DNA of 58,935 bases, from IMG/VR virus record IMGVR_UViG_3300005918_000002, positions 1-58,935 of that record. One strand, written 5' to 3'. Origin of the DNA: a virus. Its lineage: Duplodnaviria > Caudoviricetes. Both the position numbers and the translations under genes were made by a program. Shown here piece after piece: positions 18,507 through 26,692 of this stretch (within the stretch, counting starts at the first letter, position 1; every line of letters starts with the position of its first letter). The notes below the pieces were generated by a model, which had not been told where the DNA came from, ran no database searches, and was given only the letters and a program-made list of their open reading frames with translations.

Positions 18507-18730
18507 ATATAACATTGGGCTCACCGATTTAGCGGTGGGGAAAGGATAGAATACTATGAGCGTACCAATTAGACATTTAAAACAAGCTTTGGCAATTATG
18601 GGTGTTTCAACCCCAGAAAGTCTTGAGGAATTTAGACAAGATGAATTAAAATGGATTAACAAGCTTGTTTTTACCGTAGTAATATTTGGGGATGAAGGGG
18701 CAAAATCCGCCGTGCAGCCAGTGGTTAGCC
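18507..18730. mobile_element. attC-like site H (ORF start in loop)
   Basis: ATATAAC..GGCT-CACCGATTTAGC / GCAAAATCCGCCGTG-C-AGCC..GTTAGCC. Confidence 0.65.
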
Positions 18731-18897
18731 AAGACGGAGCGGCGGCAAAGGTTGATATTATTCGTCCACTTATTGATGATACCATGAAATATCACAGAAC
18801 GGCGAACAGTAGAGCGAGTAAATTACTAACTGCATTGAATATTAGTGTTGATGCAGTTAAGGAGATACTTAAAGAGTGGGTTGATCGGAGTCAGTAA
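18556..18897 (+). CDS. Hypothetical protein starting in the loop of site H
   Basis: AAGGA RBS; reads through the right arm (AKSAVQPVVS). Confidence 0.55.
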   Translation: MSVPIRHLKQALAIMGVSTPESLEEFRQDELKWINKLVFTVVIFGDEGAKSAVQPVVSQDGAAAKVDIIRPLIDDTMKYHRTANSRASKLLTALNISVDAVKEILKEWVDRSQ

Positions 18898-19056
18898 GAA
18901 GAGGTAAACCATGAAAAACCTTATAAGAAAAATCGGTGAAACAATAATGTTTATCATTGAGTTTTTAGTAACTCTGTTAGGATATGGCCTGTTTGATTTT
19001 AAAGATGGGTTAGAATCTTATGGTAAACCAAAGTATATTAAAATACGGGGGACGAA

Positions 19057-19545
19057 ATGAAAAGGCAAAATTTATTTAAGGCGGCCATTTGCAGTTTTAT
19101 CCTGGCGGTAATTGCAATCATTCTTTTTTCCGGATGCCGTGACGATACGGCAGTTTGGAAACGTATTGCAGAATTGGAAAAGAAGCAAGTCGCAACGGAG
19201 GCCGCTCTTGACAGTGTGGTTTTCAAGGCGGAATTGAGACGAGAAATAAATACAGTCTGGCTCGGAATCGACGGGCTGGATGAAGAAATTATTGACATTG
19301 AAACCCGGCAAGCGGCAATAATGAACCGTCTTGCAAAGTTGGAAGTTGATACCGGGGGAATTATACTTATTTGGAATGAGAATAAATTCGATCCCCGGCG
19401 GCCAGTATACGGATACCGGATTTATTTAGGAAATCACTTGATCTGGGCAGGTCAGGACACATCCGTAACGCTGGAAAATTTAAGGTATTCGGCGTATAAT
19501 TCTGCCGGGGAATCGTTTGGTTTGGAGAAGGTGAGGATAAAATGA
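19057..19545 (+). CDS. Putative lipoprotein
   Basis: Signal peptide with LFSG-C lipobox; Fn3-like fragments YGYRIY..SAYNSAGES. Confidence 0.6.
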   Translation: MKRQNLFKAAICSFILAVIAIILFSGCRDDTAVWKRIAELEKKQVATEAALDSVVFKAELRREINTVWLGIDGLDEEIIDIETRQAAIMNRLAKLEVDTGGIILIWNENKFDPRRPVYGYRIYLGNHLIWAGQDTSVTLENLRYSAYNSAGESFGLEKVRIK

Positions 19546-19607
19546 ATATTTTTTCACGCCTAACCCCTTGTTTCTGTTGCCCTCTTTGAAAATAGTTGAA
19601 AAAAGAC

Positions 19608-19636
19608 TTGACTTTAATCTAAATGATTAGTATATT
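19608..19636 (+). promoter_or_regulatory. Sigma70-like promoter
   Basis: TTGACT-N17-TATATT; shares AAAAAAGACTTGACTTT context with the 6744 promoter. Confidence 0.7.
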
Positions 19637-19899
19637 TATAGTGTCATGAGAGACCAAACTAAAAAAAACGAGGAAAAGAAAGTGACAGCGATACAACAAG
19701 AATTGAAAAGATATGCAGAGATAAGAGCGCAATTATATCAGATTAAAGGTTTTGGGGGGACATCAATTAACGCTGCTATATCTTATGCCGTTGCTGATAT
19801 GATTAATGAACTCAATAATTTTGCAACCAATAAGGTTGAATATTTAAAAAGCGAAAACGAATATCTTTTAGGGTGTATATCGAAATTAAAGGAAGTAGC

Positions 19900-20268
19900 A
19901 TGAGAGGCGGCAAACGAGAAGGGGCCGGACGCAAGCCCAAGCCCGATAAAAAGAAGCCCGTATCTTTTCGCCTTCATCCTAAACTGATTGAACGGTTGAA
20001 GAGAGAAGAAAACCAAGCAAGTGCAATTGAAAAGGCATTGTGCCGATGGTTCGGTATAGACCTTGATGAGCAAGAGACAGAAAAAGAGGGCAAGGCAATG
20101 AAGATAGTTAGAATTAATGAAATTATTTTAAGGGCCAATACTTATCCAACATATTTTGTAGATTATAAGATAGGTAAGGACTGTTGGAAAAATTATGGTA
20201 GTTCTTGTGTCTATGCGGCTGCATTAGAAATGAAAAAACAAATAAATTCCGGGGAAATAGTACTATGA
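19900..20268 (+). CDS. Ribbon-helix-helix-like DNA-binding protein, apparently fused to a second small domain
   Basis: RGGKREGAGRKP...VSFRLHPKLIERL. Confidence 0.65.
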   Translation: MRGGKREGAGRKPKPDKKKPVSFRLHPKLIERLKREENQASAIEKALCRWFGIDLDEQETEKEGKAMKIVRINEIILRANTYPTYFVDYKIGKDCWKNYGSSCVYAAALEMKKQINSGEIVL

Positions 20269-20904
20269 TTTTTAGAGTTAAATTTAAGATAGATGGAAAT
20301 GAAAAATCCGCAATTGAGCCAGAATGTGGATGGTTTTTAATTGACCAACAGGGAAAGTTTTATAGTTATGGGCCATGTTCACCTGTAAAACCTGTTGAAA
20401 GTTGCATTAAAGAAATAGAGCCTTTAATATTAATAAACAATGAGTACTTGACAATTGAAGAGATAGAAGAAAGGATTAATAAATTTTGAATATTTCGAGA
20501 TAGACCTTGATGAATAAAAGATGAGGATTGAATGAAGGTTATAAAGTGTAAAAAATGTGGTATGACCTTGTGGCTCAAGGCTGATAGTAAAAAGAAATGC
20601 CACATTCCTAAACGATGTTCATTTTGTGGAGAATATTACATCTTGATGAATAAAAGGATGAAAGAGCAAGTAACACAATGATTCTAAATAATATTATATT
20701 TAATAATCGGTTATTTCGTATATTCGACAAAAAGAAACAGACCTACTGGGAAATTCTCTGCCGGATTGATTATGACACAGAAGAGATAACCGTTATAAAC
20801 AGGGGTGACGAAGACGAAACAACTGTTTTTTTTGGAGATGTATTGATTCATGGTGATATTTCAGCAACCTTGATAAATAAACAAATAAAAACGGGGAGTT
20901 TAAA

Positions 20905-21285
20905 ATGAAAGTCAGAATGAGCGCGCAAATGATTGATGATAATAACATCTTGATTCAACTTAATTTCTCAGGAAAAGGCGTTGATAGCGCTGAAATGATT
21001 GGAAGCGAAGCAAAAAAATATCAAGCAGAAGTACAAAAAATTGATTATGAGGATCAAATGAAAGTTACAATCAGAACCGCAGACATTAAACGGCACGGCA
21101 CAACTATTTTGCTTGGCCAAAAACGAACGGCAACCGAAGGGCGTGAGGGTAACCTGAAAACACTTAACATCCGCGAGAATGGTAAACACATTAAATCTTT
21201 TAGAGGCAGTTCTCTTGGTTTTTGTAATCCTCTTACAGATAAGGATAAGGATTATTTGGCCTCGCTCGGAAGCAATATTGAATAA
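20905..21285 (+). CDS. Hypothetical protein
   Basis: GGGGAG RBS; 126 aa. Confidence 0.5.
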   Translation: MKVRMSAQMIDDNNILIQLNFSGKGVDSAEMIGSEAKKYQAEVQKIDYEDQMKVTIRTADIKRHGTTILLGQKRTATEGREGNLKTLNIRENGKHIKSFRGSSLGFCNPLTDKDKDYLASLGSNIE

Positions 21286-21590
21286 AGACAACCAGACGGT
21301 TTTAAATTTATGCCGCCGCAAAATATCTGGAAGCTACTAAAGCACACTTGTAAAAAAGGAGACAAAATGGGACAGGATGAAACTTATTTTTATGACGGGC
21401 AAAAAGTAGAAGCTCTTCATTTTGAAGATGGGACACACTGGACCGTTGGCCAGTCAGGGATTGAGAAGATTATTGTAATCATGGAAAACGGAGAGATGGC
21501 AAGTGTTGTGTGGTTTGGCGTTTATAAAGACGGAAAATTAACATTTAAACAAAATCGTAAGTTTGTTAGCCACGCAACTATGGTTAAAAT

Positions 21591-21782
21591 ATGAGGGGCG
21601 GCAAACGACTAGGGGCTGGACGCAAACCGGCCCTTCACAAAAAGCGGATGGTATCTTTTCGACTTCATCCAAAATTGATTGAACGGTTGAAGATGGAAAA
21701 TAATCAGGCCAGTGCAATTGAAAAGGCATTATGCCAATGGTTTAATATAGATCTTCAACAAGGAGACAATGAGCAACTTTGA
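21591..21782 (+). CDS. Ribbon-helix-helix-like DNA-binding protein (paralog of 19900)
   Basis: RGGKRLGAGRKP...VSFRLHPKLIERLK..NQASAIEKALC. Confidence 0.7.
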   Translation: MRGGKRLGAGRKPALHKKRMVSFRLHPKLIERLKMENNQASAIEKALCQWFNIDLQQGDNEQL

Positions 21783-22208
21783 TAAAATGACCAGAAATCC
21801 ATCCACTGGCAAATTACAAAAAGCTAGTTGGATAGATAACTATTTTGGGAATCATATATACGGAGTTCAATTCCCGGATGGTAAAATCTGGAATGAAAAA
21901 GATATTAAAGATATTGAAGGGGATGTAGAGGAGATTACAATAATTGAACATGATGGGTTCCATTGCGGTGTCTGTGGTAAATGGGTAGCCAGGAAAAAGA
22001 AAGTATCTCAGTTTGCTGTTCAATGGTGGGACATCTGGGGACTATGTGACAGGTGCGATAATTGCAGGGGAGGGGATTTAAAATGAGAAATGTAATAAAG
22101 TGTACAAACGAAATTCATGTGATATTAAAAAAATATAAGTGTAAGAATGGTGATAAGTGCAGTAAATGCGGCAATACTGAATTGAGTAGTGATGAAACTT
22201 TTTAGCAT

Positions 22209-22272
22209 GCATAACGTTGGAGATATAATTGGTGGATGGTTTTCACCATCCATTTCATATCGCTTGTTATGT
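22209..22272. mobile_element. attC-like site I
   Basis: GCATAAC...GTTATGT; near-identical to site A. Confidence 0.8.
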
Positions 22273-22309
22273 TTTTCACCCCTATAACCAAAGAATGGAA
22301 AGGATTAGA

Positions 22310-22870
22310 ATGAAGGTGTTAATTGCTTGTGAATATTCCGGTGTAGTGCGTGACGCATTTATTAAGAGAGGCCACGATGCAGTGAGTTGTGACATTTTAC
22401 CAACAGAGAGATCCGGGCCCCATTATATGGGTAATGTTTTACCCCTATTGGGTGAAGGGTGGGATCTTATGATTGCTCATCCACCGTGTACAAGATTATG
22501 TAACTCAGGTGTTTGCTGGCTTGACAAAAGGAACCTTTGGGACGAAATGAGAGAGGGGGCCCGGTTTTTCAAAACTTTACTAAATGCGGACATACCTAGA
22601 ATTGCTATAGAGAATCCTATACCACATGGTTATGCGGTGAGAGAGATTGGTAAAAAATATGATCAGATTATACAGCCTTGGCAATTCGGGCACGGGGAGA
22701 CAAAGGCCACTTGTCTATGGCTAAAGAACTTGCCAAAATTAGAACCAACTAGAATTGCTAAAGGAAGAGAGCAGCGATTGCACATGTTGCCGCCTTCTAA
22801 AGATAGGGCGAAGTTGAGGAGTAAAACGTATTTTGGTATCGCTGACGCAATGGCAATTCAATGGGGTTGA
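22310..22870 (+). CDS. Short phage-type DNA cytosine methyltransferase-like protein
   Basis: VLIACEYSG, SCD, HPPC and IENP motifs (C5-MTase motifs I/IV/VI-like); GIADAMAIQW C-terminus. Confidence 0.8.
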   Translation: MKVLIACEYSGVVRDAFIKRGHDAVSCDILPTERSGPHYMGNVLPLLGEGWDLMIAHPPCTRLCNSGVCWLDKRNLWDEMREGARFFKTLLNADIPRIAIENPIPHGYAVREIGKKYDQIIQPWQFGHGETKATCLWLKNLPKLEPTRIAKGREQRLHMLPPSKDRAKLRSKTYFGIADAMAIQWG

Positions 22871-22888
22871 CCTATACCCTGTGAATAA

Positions 22889-22946
22889 ATATAACGCCCA
22901 TTATCAGCGGCGGGCGTTTATCGTCCGCTGCATAATTTTGTTATAA
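22889..22946. mobile_element. attC-like site J
   Basis: ATATAAC..ATTAT-CAGCGG-CG / CG-T-CCGCTG-C-ATAAT..GTTATAA. Confidence 0.85.
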
Positions 22947-22962
22947 TTGGAGGGAATATAAA

Positions 22963-23148
22963 ATGAATGAATACGATGTAAAAAGATTAGCTTTGATTTT
23001 GGCCATACAAGCAGACATTGAAGGAATGAAAATTGAAAACAAGGTTAGGTTGAGTAACAATCAATCACCAGCATATCCCGATGGTGAATTTATGATGAAA
23101 TCGGAAGAATTAAGAGAACTGGCCTATAAACACAATGAACAATTATAA
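22963..23148 (+). CDS. Hypothetical protein (cassette J-K)
   Basis: GGAGGG RBS; stop codon within the TAAC of site K. Confidence 0.65.
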   Translation: MNEYDVKRLALILAIQADIEGMKIENKVRLSNNQSPAYPDGEFMMKSEELRELAYKHNEQL

Positions 23149-23222
23149 CGTTGGTGCTTACCGGCAAATAGGCGGTAAGGAATTGGCTGTGACGGGTTGC
23201 CGCGTACAGCACTTTGTTAGCC
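23143..23222. mobile_element. attC-like site K
   Basis: TTATAAC..GTGCT-TACCGGCAA / TTGCCGCGTA-C-AGCAC..GTTAGCC. Confidence 0.8.
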
Positions 23223-23280
23223 TTAGAGAATGTGGCGTACAGAGCCACGCTTATGAACGGCGTACACGAGGGAAGATGAC

Positions 23281-24237
23281 TTGAATATGTTAGACTTATT
23301 TTCAGGAATCGGCGGATTTCGATTAGCAGCGCAAAGGGTTTGGGGGGAATCTCTAAACTGTAAATGCATGGTAGAGCTTGACCCGTTCTGTCAAAAGGTA
23401 CTTATGAAAAATTGGCCAGGAGTGACAATACATGACGACATTAAAACATTCAAGGGGAGCGGATGGGGAACAATTGACATTCTTACCGGGGGGTTTCCAT
23501 GCCAACCGTTTAGTGTTGCCGGGAAGCAGGGAGGCCGGGAGGATGACCGTTACCTCTGGCCTGAAATGCTCCGCGTTATTAAAGAAGCAAAGCCCCGTTG
23601 GGTTGTTGGGGAAAATGTTACTGGAATCATCAATCTGGCACTCGACGACGTGCTTACTTCGTTGGAAGGTGAGGGGTACGAGACAGAAACGTTTATTATT
23701 CCAGCTTGCGGTGCGGACGCCAAACACAGAAGGAACCGAGTCTGGATTGTTGCCAACAATGAGGGGTCGTTTGACGGGCAACCTATCCCCAAAGAGGTGT
23801 GGGGACAAATTCAACAACTTAGAATCAGTGTTGAGTCGGCAAATGTGGCCAACCCCAAGTGTAAACGAGCCGGGGTGGAAATACAGGACACCAGTAGACA
23901 AGAATGGAAATGCACCAACCCATCACAATCAAAGATGGTACGACAAGGAAACGGGGCGGTTAATGCAGAAAGGATTGGAGCATGCAGTGAAGATGTGGCC
24001 GACAATGACCGCTTGCGAATGGAAGGGGAGAGGCCCGAACAGCAAACAAAAGGGATTAACGAACGCAATTGGATGTACGGGTGGGAGCCTGAACCCTCAG
24101 TGGGTCGAGTGGCTGATGGGATACCCTCAAGGGTGGACAGACTTAAATCACTCGGAAACTCAATAGTGCCGCAAGTGGCTGAACGAATTTTCTGGGGGTT
24201 GCGCTGTGTAGAAGAGGCATTGTGTACGCAAGGCTAA
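23281..24237 (+). CDS. DNA (cytosine-5)-methyltransferase, large subunit
   Basis: DLFSGIGG, GGFPCQPFS, ENV, HRRNRVW and LGNSIVP motifs. Confidence 0.93.
   Translation: MNMLDLFSGIGGFRLAAQRVWGESLNCKCMVELDPFCQKVLMKNWPGVTIHDDIKTFKGSGWGTIDILTGGFPCQPFSVAGKQGGREDDRYLWPEMLRVIKEAKPRWVVGENVTGIINLALDDVLTSLEGEGYETETFIIPACGADAKHRRNRVWIVANNEGSFDGQPIPKEVWGQIQQLRISVESANVANPKCKRAGVEIQDTSRQEWKCTNPSQSKMVRQGNGAVNAERIGACSEDVADNDRLRMEGERPEQQTKGINERNWMYGWEPEPSVGRVADGIPSRVDRLKSLGNSIVPQVAERIFWGLRCVEEALCTQG
23432..24166 (+). CDS. Nested alternative-frame ORF, putative second C5-MTase subunit (motif IX-like)
   Basis: 244 open codons inside the MTase gene; GGAG upstream; LNPQWVEWLMGYPQGWT C-terminus. Confidence 0.65.
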   Translation: MTTLKHSRGADGEQLTFLPGGFHANRLVLPGSREAGRMTVTSGLKCSALLKKQSPVGLLGKMLLESSIWHSTTCLLRWKVRGTRQKRLLFQLAVRTPNTEGTESGLLPTMRGRLTGNLSPKRCGDKFNNLESVLSRQMWPTPSVNEPGWKYRTPVDKNGNAPTHHNQRWYDKETGRLMQKGLEHAVKMWPTMTACEWKGRGPNSKQKGLTNAIGCTGGSLNPQWVEWLMGYPQGWTDLNHSETQ

Positions 24238-24291
24238 CCACTTCATAACCTGCCGCTGTAGTCCACGGTCAGGTTCATGAACAGGTTAGAC
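24232..24291. mobile_element. attC-like site L
   Basis: GGCTAAC..TTCAT-AACCTG-CCG / CGG-T-CAGGTT-C-ATGAA..GTTAGAC; MTase stop codon within TAAC. Confidence 0.85.
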
Positions 24292-24556
24292 AAAATAAAG
24301 GAGAGTAAATATTTGATAAAGCCACATGTCTTCCGAGTAGTTCACGGCAAGGGTGAATTACTAGAGGGAGGAGAAGTTACCAGGTATCGGGGAATGAATT
24401 TCCATACCTGCAATATAAAAAGTAAAAAGAATATCTGCCAGTGGTGTGGCGAGCTTACGGATAACGAGAGGTTTTGCACAACCGGCCACATGTGGAAACA
24501 TCGGAAAAAGGTGAAACGTTACGCAAAGAACGTAACATAAAAAACGGATTGTTATA

Positions 24557-24979
24557 ATGAAAGAACTCCCATTTTCAAAACAGAAACAAGTTGGACGGGG
24601 TGCTATAGACGTAACGGAATATCGTAATATGGTATGCAAAGAAGCTGATCTTCAACGGCAAGCAGAGGAGTATTTACAGGTTCAAGGTATACCATTTATC
24701 AGGGTACCTGATGCGATATACAAAGCGATTTTTTCAAGCCGAACAATTAAGCCATATATTAAAGCGTTGATTTCAAGATTCATTAAGGGTTTGCCGGATC
24801 TTATAATTTTAGACCCCGCTGGCCGCTGGAATAGGGCCTGTTGTATTGAATTAAAATCGGCAACTGGAAAATTATCGCAGGGCCAAAAGAATTTTGCTAA
24901 ACGAGTTAATGTAGTTGTCAAGCGTAATTTTGAAGATTTTGTAAAAGAAGTTGAAGAGTTTTTAAACGGGAAGGAATAG
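24557..24979 (+). CDS. VRR-NUC domain nuclease
   Basis: EADLQ, GLPDLI and IELKSATGKLSQGQ motifs. Confidence 0.85.
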   Translation: MKELPFSKQKQVGRGAIDVTEYRNMVCKEADLQRQAEEYLQVQGIPFIRVPDAIYKAIFSSRTIKPYIKALISRFIKGLPDLIILDPAGRWNRACCIELKSATGKLSQGQKNFAKRVNVVVKRNFEDFVKEVEEFLNGKE

Positions 24980-24988
24980 AGATTCTTG

Positions 24989-25017
24989 TTGACTTTTACG
25001 ATAATTTTCAGTAGATT
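24989..25017 (+). promoter_or_regulatory. Sigma70-like promoter
   Basis: TTGACT-N17-TAGATT. Confidence 0.55.
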
Positions 25018-25045
25018 AATAGTGTATAAATAACGGGTTAAGTAA

Positions 25046-25693
25046 ATGTTAGAATTGAATAAAATTTACAACATGGACAATATGAAAGGTATGGCGCATT
25101 TTTCTGATAACTATTTTGAGTTGGCGATAGTCGACCCGCCGTATGGGATAAATCGAAGTAAAAATTTTGGCATGAAAGAATTTGGATGGGTTCAACACAA
25201 GCGGTCTGAATGGGATTCTGAAAAACCAAAGCCTGAATACTTTAAGGAATTGTTTAGGATTTCGGAAAACCAAATAATATGGGGTGGGAATTATATGGTT
25301 GAACATTTAAAGCCATCAATGGGTTGGGTGTTTTGGGATAAGGGACAGAGAAAGTTTTCTACCAGCGATGGAGAGTTGGCGTATACGAGTTTCAATAAAA
25401 AGTTAAAAGTTTTCAATTTAAGCCGGGCTGGTGCGTTGTCGGATAATGGGGGCAAGCCAATACACGCCACTCAAAAGCCCATAAAGCTCTACAAATGGCT
25501 ACTCCACAACTACGCCAAACAAGGCGACAAGATACTTGACACTCATTCCGGATCAGCCAGTTTAGCAATAGCCTGTGAATGGATGGGATTTGATTATATC
25601 GCATTTGAAACAGATATAGACTATTGGACTGACAGCTTAAAAAGATTAGAACAGGAACGGCAGAAGATGCAACAGATAAAAATGGAGTTATAA
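25046..25693 (+). CDS. DNA N6-adenine/N4-cytosine methyltransferase
   Basis: DPPY, HATQKP and LDTHSGSAS motifs. Confidence 0.9.
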   Translation: MLELNKIYNMDNMKGMAHFSDNYFELAIVDPPYGINRSKNFGMKEFGWVQHKRSEWDSEKPKPEYFKELFRISENQIIWGGNYMVEHLKPSMGWVFWDKGQRKFSTSDGELAYTSFNKKLKVFNLSRAGALSDNGGKPIHATQKPIKLYKWLLHNYAKQGDKILDTHSGSASLAIACEWMGFDYIAFETDIDYWTDSLKRLEQERQKMQQIKMEL

Positions 25694-26365
25694 ACAAAGC
25701 GACTGGCCTTATGTTCTTTTATAAATCTTAAAATATTTGGATGTACTTTGGGATTTTCGAGCTAACAGATATTAGCAGAGGCCGGTCGTTTTAAAAGGAT
25801 GAAAGGGGAAAATAATGAAACAAACAGAAGATGAGCTTTTAGGAAAATATCATTATTTTTATGGATTTTTTGCAGACCAACACGAGCGGGTTATAGCGGC
25901 CCTTTACGGTCACGGTCGTAAACATTCAATAGGTGAAGACGAGCAATTTTTACACCACTCCGCAAATTACCACGCATGGAAATCCCTCACCCATCTTGTG
26001 CGTGGCTGTTTTAAAAAGATAGACAAGGATAGCGAAGTACCACATTGGACACTTGCACAATTGAGGCTATACATGGCTCAGAATAGGAGAAAGTGAAATG
26101 TTTATACTAAAATGGCTTATGATTATTATATGGCCTATAGGGCATATTTATATAATTAGTAAGGGTGTATGTTCTGTATTTATGGTCAGGAAAAAAAGGT
26201 ATTGGTTCCGGCCATATTGGTATACACGGGGAATAAGATTAATGAAGTTCCGTGAAGCATTATATTTATCGATGTATGCAGAATAGGAGGGGGAGGTGTA
26301 ATTTGTACATGACAACAAAACGTGTACAGGAAACTGTAAGGGTTGTACATGAACAGGAGGGGATT

Positions 26366-26692
26366 ATGAAAATAACAGTAACGCCGGAGGGCAGAAATGG
26401 TGTCTGGTTGGCAGACAAGGATAGTATTATAGGGTTTATAAATCAATATAAAGAAGAACAAATTCATAATTTTATGCCGGGTGGCGGGGTAATTTTAGGT
26501 GTTGGCTGGGACAAACAAAGCGTTATAGATGAGATTAACAATTCTACGAGAATAGGTATACTAACGGGCGAGGCGTTAAGTAGAAATATGCGACATGCTT
26601 TATCTGTAATTTCAAATAATAAACTTTATGTGTTCGATATTGGAGAGATAACAGAAAACGATTTACATGTTGAACAAAGACCGGAGGCATAA
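26366..26692 (+). CDS. Hypothetical protein
   Basis: GGAGGGG RBS before MKITVTPEG. Confidence 0.5.
   Translation: MKITVTPEGRNGVWLADKDSIIGFINQYKEEQIHNFMPGGGVILGVGWDKQSVIDEINNSTRIGILTGEALSRNMRHALSVISNNKLYVFDIGEITENDLHVEQRPEA

Noticed and set aside
19558-19600. GCCTAAC as a 13th attC-like site
   Set aside because: No matching arm or GTT box at the expected spacing.
13579-24291. Repeats as a CRISPR array or plain terminators
   Set aside because: Spacing is gene-sized and irregular, there are no cas genes, most sites lack U-tails, and the bulge geometry and neighbour-matched ends fit recombination sites better.
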